IMG/VR virus record: IMGVR_UViG_3300042907_001080
Span: 1-64,000 of that record
Strand: one strand, 5' to 3'
DNA length: 64,000 nucleotides
The translations under genes and the position numbers were made by a program. The notes beneath the pieces are model-generated. The model did no database searches and had not been told where the DNA came from. It saw only the letters and a list, made by a program, of their open reading frames with translations. Every line of letters starts with the position of its first letter. Position 1 is the stretch's first letter. This document shows, in pieces, positions 8,667 through 17,433 of the stretch.

Positions 8667-8695
8667 ATTATACACTCTAGTTGAACACAGGTAAA
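8667..8695 (-). promoter_or_regulatory. sigma70-type promoter, 7 nt from helicase ATG
   Basis: TTTACC-17 nt-TATAAT-ATAATAT-ATG; no SD. Confidence 0.6.
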
Positions 8696-10146
8696 CCATG
8701 CAGTTGGGTCCAGCTTTCTGCATCAGCAGCATCATTAACCATAGGCTTGCCTTTGATGTTTAGGCTGGTATTCAACAACATAGGACAACCAGTCTTTGCA
8801 TACCAAAGCTCTAACAAGGCGCGGAACTGAGGATTATCAGTCTTATTAACCGTCTGCACACGGCTGGTATTGTCTAGATGCACTATGGCCGGAAAAGACT
8901 CAGATTTCAAACAAGGCGAAATATATTGCATGTAAGTCGTTGATTCTGTTGGCATTTTAAAGTACTGATTTGCGAATTCTTCTAATATTGCAGGAGCGAA
9001 GGGTCTGAACTGCTCACGATGCTTTATCTGGTTAATTGCGACCTTGATTTCCGAACCACGTGGATCGGCTATCAAACTGCGGTTACCCAACGCTCTGGGC
9101 CCAAACTCTGCAGGGCCTCGAGCAAGACCACACATCTTGTATTCGAGTAAATGTGTCACGATATCTTCGTTGCTGGAGATATACCCCATGTCATATCCCA
9201 AATACGGACCAGTCCATTCTATGTGTTTTTTCTTATGTGCCAATACTGCACCAATACTGCTGCCACTGTCGCCGGGTGCAGGCATGATCCAAACTCGATC
9301 AAAATATTTGTAGGCTATGGGATTAGCTGCACAGTTTAGAGCGCAACCGCCCATCAACACTAGATTTCTACTTGAACTAGATCTTACGGCCTGCTGCAAC
9401 GCTCTCTCAAATGCCATTTCATACACAGCTTGTGTGGCTGCTGCTATATCGTAAAAATCTTGCTGTGTTGTTAATTCAGGTCGCCACCATGTGCATCCAC
9501 GATGTAGATTTTGTTTGATCCTGTAAACATGCTCATAATCGTCATTGGGTAAACTAACAAAATCATCTAGTAGATCTCTGAGAAATCTTTTTGGATTTCC
9601 CAATGCTGCCATGCCCATTAAGATATATTCTTCTTCGTTGGGTTTTAGTCCGCAGCGTTGTGTCATTGCGGAATAAAACAATCCTAGACTATTTGGATAT
9701 TCTAGACTATACCGTTTATGTAAGTTATTACCAACAGCATCCCATTGTGTTAGGCATTCAAATTCACCAATGGCATCGATTACTAGCACACAGGCATTGT
9801 CAAATTCGCTGGTATAATATCCTGCGGCGGCATGTGTTTGATGATGTCCAAAAGTTTTGATTGGTGCTCGAATGTTAAACTTTCTAAGATAATCTTTTAC
9901 ATTATTATTCTGCCATCCTTGCCCGGCAGTGAGCTGTCTTAGGGTTTTTAACCAAGGACGTTCATACCAACACACAAGATCAGGCTCGCCAAACGTTCGT
10001 GCATGATCTACTAGTTTTTGATCTAGATCGGCATCGTTTTTTATTCCGCTGAATCTTTCGCTTTCACTAGCGAAAATCAATTTGTCGTCTTCAAACACTG
10101 CTAATGCAGCGTTGTGACTAGCGGCAGAAATTCCCCAGGTAATCAT
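8677..10146 (-). CDS. carbamoyltransferase (NodU/CmcH/TobZ family)
   Basis: HNAALA, ESERFSGIK, HHQTHAAAGY, IDAIGE, GGCALN, PAPGDSG, EFGPRALGNRS, FRPFAP, NTSLN. Confidence 0.92.
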   Translation of the reverse strand: MITWGISAASHNAALAVFEDDKLIFASESERFSGIKNDADLDQKLVDHARTFGEPDLVCWYERPWLKTLRQLTAGQGWQNNNVKDYLRKFNIRAPIKTFGHHQTHAAAGYYTSEFDNACVLVIDAIGEFECLTQWDAVGNNLHKRYSLEYPNSLGLFYSAMTQRCGLKPNEEEYILMGMAALGNPKRFLRDLLDDFVSLPNDDYEHVYRIKQNLHRGCTWWRPELTTQQDFYDIAAATQAVYEMAFERALQQAVRSSSSRNLVLMGGCALNCAANPIAYKYFDRVWIMPAPGDSGSSIGAVLAHKKKHIEWTGPYLGYDMGYISSNEDIVTHLLEYKMCGLARGPAEFGPRALGNRSLIADPRGSEIKVAINQIKHREQFRPFAPAILEEFANQYFKMPTESTTYMQYISPCLKSESFPAIVHLDNTSRVQTVNKTDNPQFRALLELWYAKTGCPMLLNTSLNIKGKPMVNDAADAESWTQLHGLPVFN

Positions 10147-10259
10147 TTGTAGATAAAAGGATCACGTTTACGTAGCTCTTTTAATCTACGTTTGAATCTT
10201 CGGTGTTCTTGATATCTGTTCCAAGGGTAGAGCAGAAAATCTATAATTTTTTTAAACAT
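10143..10259 (-). CDS. small basic protein (38 aa, absent from ORF track)
   Basis: MFKKIIDFLLYPWNRYQEHRRFKRRLKELRKRDPFIYK*; bridges primase stop and carbamoyltransferase start with overlaps at both ends (ATGA coupling). Confidence 0.7.
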   Translation of the reverse strand: MFKKIIDFLLYPWNRYQEHRRFKRRLKELRKRDPFIYK

Positions 10260-11271
10260 TTTCTAACCTTTCTAATTTATGTTCTTGTTGTTTCTTGGCC
10301 ATGTTAATTTTAATCTGTCCTTGTTGTGCTGTTTTTATTGCATCTACAAGCACAAATAACTTCCCATAACGATATACTGCATCTGCTACATCTTTGACAT
10401 CGGCATCCCAATTTGGTATAGCCACTGACCAACCAAGTTCTGCTGCACGATCATACAACACCAATCCTGCTCGATCTTGGTCTGGGATCACAATAACTTC
10501 TGCACCTAGACTGTTAATTATTCTACTTTGTTGTTCGGCAATCTCGTTGGTAAGAAGGGCTACACCGTCAATGGCCAAGGCATCAAACGGGCCTTCACAC
10601 ACAAATATATACTTCTGATTTTCTTTTTGTTGATCAAAATTGAAAACAAAATGAGGATGCTGATCTGATAGATATTTAGGTTTTCCGGCAGTTACTTTTC
10701 TTGCAGTATTACCTACAATACGTCCTTGCCACCTAAAGGGAATAATTACTCTATCAACATATCCTGGTGCGGGACTCCAGTAGAAGTTTTCGCTAGTGGG
10801 ATCGTATCCTCTACTAACTACATATTCAACAACTTCTACTAACTTTTGCTCTTCTTCAGTAGTTAATTTAGCATCTAGCCATTCTAACAAAGGCATTGCA
10901 CCCTCTGGTAATTGTTTGTCTGTGAATTCTAGCTTGATTTCCTGGTGTTCTGGGCGGTAATCATCGCCTTCTGTTCTCATGGCTTCGAACACTAGTTCTT
11001 TAATAGTGTCTTCGCTGGCGCCTAACCATCTGCACAGCGTTTTCATCTTTTCGCCTATGGTGCTACCAGGTTGCCACCCTGTGGTAAATTTGCAATTGAA
11101 ACAGTTATAGATTACACCATCACCGTCAAATCTTATGCCGGCACGTTTGCGAGTATCAGGACTATGCCCTCGATGTTGACAGCAGGGTGCATTGAATGAT
11201 GTCCATCCTGATGGGCTCGATTTAGCACGAGGTGGGAGCAGTGTTCGAAATTTATCAACGACAAGAGTCAT
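10252..11271 (-). CDS. DNA primase (T4 gp61-like)
   Basis: N-terminal Zn-binding CCQHRGH...CFNC; TOPRIM motifs VCEGPFD and IPDQD. Confidence 0.88.
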   Translation of the reverse strand: MTLVVDKFRTLLPPRAKSSPSGWTSFNAPCCQHRGHSPDTRKRAGIRFDGDGVIYNCFNCKFTTGWQPGSTIGEKMKTLCRWLGASEDTIKELVFEAMRTEGDDYRPEHQEIKLEFTDKQLPEGAMPLLEWLDAKLTTEEEQKLVEVVEYVVSRGYDPTSENFYWSPAPGYVDRVIIPFRWQGRIVGNTARKVTAGKPKYLSDQHPHFVFNFDQQKENQKYIFVCEGPFDALAIDGVALLTNEIAEQQSRIINSLGAEVIVIPDQDRAGLVLYDRAAELGWSVAIPNWDADVKDVADAVYRYGKLFVLVDAIKTAQQGQIKINMAKKQQEHKLERLENV

Positions 11272-11277
11272 ACTACA

Positions 11278-11306
11278 AGTATACTATCTATACAGTATCT
11301 TGTCAA
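11278..11306 (-). promoter_or_regulatory. sigma70-type promoter, 6 nt from primase ATG
   Basis: TTGACA-17 nt-TATACT-TGTAGT-ATG. Confidence 0.85.
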
Positions 11307-12366
11307 TGGTTCCAACAGGAATATTAGAGTCATTTAACACAAATGTTTTGACTCCATTATATGAAAGGCCGGTATATGTAAATCCAGTAATGCCGCCGTC
11401 TGCATTAACAGCAGAAACCGTGATAGTGAGATCATTGGTTCCCAATTCTCCACCCAATTTATTACCTGTGATGACAATAATATCACCTACATCATAACCT
11501 TTGCCAATCTCACCAATAGTAACATTATATGTTAGTAGAAGAGTTTGAGCTATGGTAAATCTTGCGACGCTGGAAATTTCGCCTGGAGTGTGTTTGATTC
11601 TAAACCAATTATACTTGCCTGTGACGTTTTTATACTGTTCGGTATCAAGATCCACGGTAGACACTGTGATCCATTTAGTCTCTCTTGGTGTGGCTCCTTG
11701 ATCGTCTAAACTGGCCTGTATCTCTACTGTGCCTTTGTAATTAGTAGAGTAAAATTGAAATGTGTGAATAGGATAGGCTGGCGATGTTTTAGGACGAGCA
11801 TCTATAATAGCACTGGTGTAAAATGGTTGAGGATCAGTGGCACCTTGAGTGAAAGGATTGGTATAATTAAATGTGTCTACTATTACACTGTCTGCTACCC
11901 CGCCGTATACATCGCCAGTGATTTCTAAGGTGCCTATAGTATCATATTGGCTGTCCATATATAAAGGCATTTTAGAATTTACTATATAGTCTGTGCTGTC
12001 TACTGTAGATCGAACTTCTTTGACTATGCTGTAGTTATAGAATCCTGTATTAAGATCCAGCAGTTCGTCGGCAGTAACAATCACAGTGACCTTGCCGGTA
12101 GCAAGATCCATAGCAGTGAAGTCTTTTTGTAGCACTAAATCTTTAGTGTCTTGACTGACGAGATTAAATACCAAAGTGCTGCCCGCAATGTTGCTGGCCT
12201 TTTGATCACTATTACGAACTTGGATGTCAATGCGATTATCAACACCTCGAAATATTTTTAGATTTCTGTTATACACTCTGCGATACCTCTCAGTTGACCA
12301 AGTGTCCGCCGGGGTGGTAAATACATCGAGTTTGTTGACATATAAATAAACAGGATTAAATTGCAT
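11284..12366 (-). CDS. probable virion structural protein (Ig-like/baseplate- or fibre-associated)
   Basis: beta-rich T/S/G/V composition; C-terminal GKGYDVGDIIVITGNKLGG...NDLTITV module typical of fibre proteins; TAAATA at 12388-12393 (minus). Confidence 0.5.
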   Translation of the reverse strand: MQFNPVYLYVNKLDVFTTPADTWSTERYRRVYNRNLKIFRGVDNRIDIQVRNSDQKASNIAGSTLVFNLVSQDTKDLVLQKDFTAMDLATGKVTVIVTADELLDLNTGFYNYSIVKEVRSTVDSTDYIVNSKMPLYMDSQYDTIGTLEITGDVYGGVADSVIVDTFNYTNPFTQGATDPQPFYTSAIIDARPKTSPAYPIHTFQFYSTNYKGTVEIQASLDDQGATPRETKWITVSTVDLDTEQYKNVTGKYNWFRIKHTPGEISSVARFTIAQTLLLTYNVTIGEIGKGYDVGDIIVITGNKLGGELGTNDLTITVSAVNADGGITGFTYTGLSYNGVKTFVLNDSNIPVGTIDKILYR

Positions 12367-12397
12367 ACACTAACGGACCTTTAGCAGTATTTATCGA

Positions 12398-12769
12398 ATG
12401 AGAATAACAACTAACCTACAAGAAAATTTTCCCTTTATCAGTGTTATAGTGCATGTTAACCATGAATATGTGGGCATCATTATTAACCAAGATGCTCAAG
12501 TCACTAGTATGTATGACTATTCTATGATAAAAACAGACGAGGAAAAACAGCGATTTCTAGAACTAGGCGAAGCCTGGTGGTGGGAGTCGAACAGGCAAAT
12601 TCCTATCAACATTTTCTTGGCCAGAGAAATCATTGAATTTCGATACGTAATTAGAAATTTTTCAACTAAAGATGTCAAACTCATGCACGGTCCCTGCACT
12701 AGTTTAAATGACATTATTGTCAAACGAATCAAGCGTAAGTCGATTACTCTAGTTAGAAAGATCGGTTAA
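12398..12769 (+). CDS. hypothetical protein
   Basis: 123-aa ORF divergent from previous gene. Confidence 0.75.
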   Translation: MRITTNLQENFPFISVIVHVNHEYVGIIINQDAQVTSMYDYSMIKTDEEKQRFLELGEAWWWESNRQIPINIFLAREIIEFRYVIRNFSTKDVKLMHGPCTSLNDIIVKRIKRKSITLVRKIG

Positions 12770-13514
12770 CTTGTTTTTCTAATAATTTTTTTATATCGGG
12801 ATTCTTTTTCCAAGGACCTGTTAGAGACCAAATCTTAGAATCTTGCTTTTTAGTTACAAAATTTTCTAAATTGCACAAATTAAAAAAATCGTGTTCTTGA
12901 GTTATTAGTTCCGACATGCAGACCTGATCTAATCCATACATATTCGCTCTTTGCAGTTTTTCCATATTTTCGGTAATAGTTTCAAACGGAATATGTTGAA
13001 TTTTTTCGTTGTATAAATTTACAATATTTTTTATAAAGTTTTTTCTTTTGTCAGTAACATAAAGAAAATTAGCTCCGGTTTTCTTCCACAAAGTATCATA
13101 CTGTGGATAATATAGAATACCCAACTCTACGCTATTGTCAAAATTTATTCTTTCATTAAAAATAATATCTGCGTCTACTATGTATGCTTTAGAAATTAAA
13201 TTTTGTTCGAACAATAGATTAGAAATAAAATATCTCGAACAAAAATAATAACTTTTTAGTTTATAAAAATTAATATTTGTAGTTGTTAACTTCTCTTTAC
13301 TAATTGAAAGATCGATTGATAATTTTAAATTTTTAATTTGCTCAAGTAGTAAATCGGAAGGATTTATTAAATGTAAATGAACGTCGTGACCGTGATTGTC
13401 GCAAGAAAATAAATTATAAATTCCATAATTTATAAAATAATTCTCATCACATTGAAAAATTACTTTTTCTCTACCGTTTGGTCTAGAAATTAATTCTACA
13501 TCTTGAAAAAACAT
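12753..13514 (-). CDS. GT-A-like glycosyltransferase
   Basis: HLHLINP, CSRY, IVDADII (DxD), GLDQ; visibly AT-rich; same motif order as 15938-16621. Confidence 0.6.
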   Translation of the reverse strand: MFFQDVELISRPNGREKVIFQCDENYFINYGIYNLFSCDNHGHDVHLHLINPSDLLLEQIKNLKLSIDLSISKEKLTTTNINFYKLKSYYFCSRYFISNLLFEQNLISKAYIVDADIIFNERINFDNSVELGILYYPQYDTLWKKTGANFLYVTDKRKNFIKNIVNLYNEKIQHIPFETITENMEKLQRANMYGLDQVCMSELITQEHDFFNLCNLENFVTKKQDSKIWSLTGPWKKNPDIKKLLEKQVNRSF

Positions 13515-14092
13515 TAACTATACCCGTAACTGATCTGCTCACAGATCAAATTCATCTGCACCACAATAGCTACAGCATAGGCAGTGGCATGCGATTGTTT
13601 GAAGAAATATTCTTCATTGTCGGGTTTCGTCCAAACTTCCGTCATCACCGTGGTCCATTCTTTCCCAATCAGATAACGTTTCGCTGGTCGGATCATCGCT
13701 AAAACGGCTGCTAGTTGTTCGATAGATTTTGGTTCCATCTTTCTTAGTATAGATCCATGACCGTTCACATGAAACAGATTCTGGATAAACTCTTCGTCTT
13801 GTAGTAGATCCCATAATGGCTCAGTCTCCATGAGTTGAATAAGGTGCGCCTCATCTCGAACACCTTTGTAAATGCCAACATTTAAAAAATCAATCTTGAA
13901 ATATTCTTCGGCTGCTGCATGATCGTATGGTATACTGCACACAGCTTTCTCAGCATTCATTGGAACACTATGTAAATACACACCGGTGTTGTGTTTGGTC
14001 AGAGTTTCGTTGTCAACACGGCTGGCTGGCACATGCTTGAATAACTTTAGAGCATGGGCTCTGTCTACAAAGTCTATGTCGATATCAGGCAT
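13514..14092 (-). CDS. miniature DNA polymerase III alpha (DnaE/family C) catalytic core, 192 aa
   Basis: MPDIDIDF, KHNTGVY, FKIDFL, LAAVLAMIRP, FKQSHATAYA in DnaE order; start at ATG 14092 overlapping upstream stop. Confidence 0.8.
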   Translation of the reverse strand: MPDIDIDFVDRAHALKLFKHVPASRVDNETLTKHNTGVYLHSVPMNAEKAVCSIPYDHAAAEEYFKIDFLNVGIYKGVRDEAHLIQLMETEPLWDLLQDEEFIQNLFHVNGHGSILRKMEPKSIEQLAAVLAMIRPAKRYLIGKEWTTVMTEVWTKPDNEEYFFKQSHATAYAVAIVVQMNLICEQISYGYS

Positions 14093-14297
14093 TGTTTTTG
14101 ATCTCTGCGGGTGGAGTCCATGTAGCATAGTCTATCTTCTTCCACTGTCTAGGCCCGGGTGTGGTGTAAGGAGTATATATCTCGCCAGTCTCTCTATCAA
14201 CCAACAACCATTTCTCTGGGCATTTAGTTGTAATTGTTAATTCTACTGCCGTATTGTATTCTTGAACTGTGGTTCCGTCTATGAGTTGTCTTGACAT
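14085..14297 (-). CDS. hypothetical protein
   Basis: Coupled operon member. Confidence 0.7.
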   Translation of the reverse strand: MSRQLIDGTTVQEYNTAVELTITTKCPEKWLLVDRETGEIYTPYTTPGPRQWKKIDYATWTPPAEIKNNA

Positions 14298-14494
14298 TAC
14301 TGCATCCTTGTTGTTTCGAATAGCAACAACGGAAGTGTCTCTGCTAAAAATGCTGCATATTCTTCTGCAGATTCTTCATCTGCAAAGTTTGAAAATTTAA
14401 CATATACACAGTGTTCACTATCTTCTTCTGTAGTCATTACTTCTATATCTATGTCATCACTAGAAATTAATTCTTGTTTGTTTTCTTCAGTCAC
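14297..14494 (-). CDS. small acidic protein
   Basis: D/E-rich 65 aa; coupled operon member. Confidence 0.65.
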   Translation of the reverse strand: MTEENKQELISSDDIDIEVMTTEEDSEHCVYVKFSNFADEESAEEYAAFLAETLPLLLFETTRMQ

Positions 14495-15174
14495 AGTATT
14501 TTGGCCTCCTTGATGACATCTTTTACTAATTCATGATCTGCTGGCAGAGCTTTAAATCTACGCAACCAAAACTGAGGATCTATCATAGGCCCGATGATTT
14601 CTAATTGTTCATCGTTCATGCGGGTCAACATTTCTTTGCCTGATCGAGTATTCAATATCATCCAAGGACTTACTAATCCTTCTTTGATATCATGAGTGGC
14701 TCTGTTTAGATTTACATAGGCAAAATAATGTTCCCATGCTGCAGAGTTTGATTCCGCCCATGACATCATGGTCATGATACTGCGTTGTATGGCACCATCA
14801 GCAGGCTCTACTTTGATTAAATCTGCGATATAGCTTTGATACAATTCATCTCTGCACCAATGATCTAGTTTAACTCCGCTCTTGACCACGTAGTCTACAA
14901 ATCGCTCAGGATATATAGGCGCTGTATTAACCAAGAAACTGCCAAATTTCACAAAGGCTGTATAGAAACTAGAAGTGGCAAACTCTTCAAAGGTCTTGGG
15001 CTGTTGTGCTTTTTGTGTGAGCTGATAGAATCTTTGGAATGTCAACAATCCCATTAGCACATGTTTTTCATTGCGGCTAAGATGGCGACGCTTTTGTTCA
15101 CAAATATGCACTACCAAAGTTTTTTCTTTGGCAAATAATTTATTGCAATGTTCGCACTTAAAATTTAATTGCAT
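14491..15174 (-). CDS. C2H2 zinc-finger-containing protein
   Basis: FKCEHCNKLFAKEKTLVVHIC; start moved to ATG 15174. Confidence 0.7.
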   Translation of the reverse strand: MQLNFKCEHCNKLFAKEKTLVVHICEQKRRHLSRNEKHVLMGLLTFQRFYQLTQKAQQPKTFEEFATSSFYTAFVKFGSFLVNTAPIYPERFVDYVVKSGVKLDHWCRDELYQSYIADLIKVEPADGAIQRSIMTMMSWAESNSAAWEHYFAYVNLNRATHDIKEGLVSPWMILNTRSGKEMLTRMNDEQLEIIGPMIDPQFWLRRFKALPADHELVKDVIKEAKIL

Positions 15175-15637
15175 TGACTTCTTTTTTGTCCCATCCAAGG
15201 GTTTGACAATAGTCTTTGATTTCTCGATCTGTAGTGATGGCTGCAAGTGTAGCAATGTCTGCCCTTTTCATAGTTGGAAATATCGTGGCAAGAAATTCTT
15301 CTTTCCTGTTCTTTTCTTTTTTCAGAGGAATCCATTCATGAAACTGTTTGGCTTTAGATTCGTGACTGCAAGCCACTAATGTCAGCCATTGCAGTTTAGG
15401 GTGTTGGCTAATGTTGGCCCAGTTTTTGTTGTAGTATTGATTTACAGTGAGCAGATAGTGTTCTTGTATTTCTCTATCAGAGCCCGATACACTGCTGATA
15501 TATCTGTTGAGATTCCACAGATCTCCTTTGATTTCTTTTCGGCCTTCTTCTGTGGCAGCGTCCCAGAGTTCTTTGATTCCCTGATCAACACAGGGTATGA
15601 TATCTTTGAATAGATCTACGTGTTTATTTTTGGCCAT
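15158..15637 (-). CDS. possible clamp-loader small subunit (T4 gp62-like)
   Basis: Size and WNLNRYISSV...VNQYYN...HPKLQW...HEWI pattern recalled from gp62-like proteins; not verified. Confidence 0.4.
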   Translation of the reverse strand: MAKNKHVDLFKDIIPCVDQGIKELWDAATEEGRKEIKGDLWNLNRYISSVSGSDREIQEHYLLTVNQYYNKNWANISQHPKLQWLTLVACSHESKAKQFHEWIPLKKEKNRKEEFLATIFPTMKRADIATLAAITTDREIKDYCQTLGWDKKEVNAIKF

Positions 15638-15884
15638 GGTCTTTGCTCAAGTGATACAATATTTTAACACGTTCTAGGGCTTCTTGTAAAGTGGGATTCG
15701 TCCGAGATTCTCTTAAAATATCTTTCCAAGTATTTTCTAACTCATAATTGATGGTTATATTTTCGTTAAATGGGTCGATATATTTTCCAATCATCGTTCG
15801 TTCTAATTTACCAACTTCTCTGGCATAGATTTCTTCGCCGTTGCGTTCGTAGATATATGTAGCACTTGGTGTTAATTTTCCCAT
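15624..15884 (-). CDS. hypothetical protein
   Basis: 86-aa ORF, operon context. Confidence 0.7.
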   Translation of the reverse strand: MGKLTPSATYIYERNGEEIYAREVGKLERTMIGKYIDPFNENITINYELENTWKDILRESRTNPTLQEALERVKILYHLSKDHGQK

Positions 15885-15937
15885 TTTATTTCCTAATCTA
15901 TAAATTTTAACACAAATTTCGAACCCTGCTAACCTTT

Positions 15938-16621
15938 TTATACCTGCGAATTATAAAAATTTAATAAGTTTACATACTGTTCGTTTTCATGTTTTCTAGA
16001 TCCTTTAGCAGTCCATATCATTCGTTCGGGGGTCATTTTTGTACCGGTCCATTCAGAACTTAATCGAGGTATTGATTTTTCTATCATCATAGCATCTAAT
16101 ATATCTTGATCTAAAAACCAATAAATGTTTCCTTGTTTGAAACTTTCTTGTAATCTAGTGCTATAAGTATTTCTAAAATCATCATCTCCAAACGATATTG
16201 CACTGGCTAACGATTTGCCACCTTTTCTAATAGTAATTTTACTAATGTTAGTTGCCTCTAAAAATTTAATTAATGGAATTGTTTTATTGGCAATCACATC
16301 ACAATCAAAACTTATAATTTTTGCAGCTGGATCAAATATTTCCGGAATTCGTATAAATCGAATGCAGGCACATAGGGTATTAAATTCTTTATCATCAACA
16401 TCTAGTAATTCGTTGGTGTAACTTATATTTTTTTGAGAACACCATTCTAGTTGTTTGTCTGTTGGATTATACAAGTGAACATGAACTTTTGCCCACGGCG
16501 CATGTTGTAGTAAACTTAAGGCCAGTGCTTTACCATATAGATCAAAATATTTTGAATCTGCCGCAAAATAAAAAAAGTTACCCGTTAATCGAGCCGGTAT
16601 ATTCAAAGAAGGAAGAATCAT
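15938..16621 (-). CDS. GT-A-like glycosyltransferase
   Basis: HVHLYNP, CIRF, FDCDVI (DxD), WFLDQ; last gene of sugar operon. Confidence 0.6.
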   Translation of the reverse strand: MILPSLNIPARLTGNFFYFAADSKYFDLYGKALALSLLQHAPWAKVHVHLYNPTDKQLEWCSQKNISYTNELLDVDDKEFNTLCACIRFIRIPEIFDPAAKIISFDCDVIANKTIPLIKFLEATNISKITIRKGGKSLASAISFGDDDFRNTYSTRLQESFKQGNIYWFLDQDILDAMMIEKSIPRLSSEWTGTKMTPERMIWTAKGSRKHENEQYVNLLNFYNSQV

Positions 16622-17433
16622 AGATTTTTTAATTCAATAAGCATTTGATCGTAATCGGAAATATTAAACTCTAATAATTTACGTGTGTCAATTAAGATTT
16701 TGTTTACGGGCTTTGGACCTTGTGTTTGTATAATGGTTTTGTTAAGAGCAAATATATCGTTTATTTTACACAACAAGTCATATTTGTTAATCTTATTATC
16801 ATTGTTAACAAGATGATACACTCCCGTAATTACCGGAGTTTGCATGTATTGATCAATGCATTTTGCCAACTGTAAGGTAGTGATGCCGTTCCACCAAGCA
16901 TTGTTCCATCCTTGCAATTCACTTGCAGAATTATTGACAATCCAATTAAAGAGTCCTGTGCCATTTGATTTTATTTCAGGTCCGATGATACTCATTCTAA
17001 AAGTAACGTCTTTATCGTTGTTAATTTCACCTAGAGATTTCGACTTGCCATACAAGTTAGTTTCGGTGTGTGTATCTAATTCAACATAGTTTCCTTTCTT
17101 GCCATCAAACACACAATCAGTTGATAAGTGAACCACTCGTGTTTTGCTTTTTAAAAAGGTATGTTCTAAAAAGTGTGGAAACCAACCATTGATCAATGCA
17201 GCACGATCCGGACGATCGTTACTATCTTTAACTAACAATCCCACACAATTGATCACAAAGTCAAAAATATTTGTAACTTCACCGAGGCGTTGTATTTCTG
17301 CAAAATTCTCAACATCTATAATAAGATCTGCATTAGATCTTGCCAGTGTGCTTACATCGTGGCCTTGTTGTTTGAGATATCGAGTGATAACATGACCGGC
17401 CATACCGTTACTGCCAACTACTAAGATTTTCAT
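16618..17433 (-). CDS. RmlD-like NAD(P)H sugar 4-reductase (SDR)
   Basis: GSNGMAG, HLSTDCVF, YGKSK (YxxxK). Confidence 0.88.
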   Translation of the reverse strand: MKILVVGSNGMAGHVITRYLKQQGHDVSTLARSNADLIIDVENFAEIQRLGEVTNIFDFVINCVGLLVKDSNDRPDRAALINGWFPHFLEHTFLKSKTRVVHLSTDCVFDGKKGNYVELDTHTETNLYGKSKSLGEINNDKDVTFRMSIIGPEIKSNGTGLFNWIVNNSASELQGWNNAWWNGITTLQLAKCIDQYMQTPVITGVYHLVNNDNKINKYDLLCKINDIFALNKTIIQTQGPKPVNKILIDTRKLLEFNISDYDQMLIELKNL

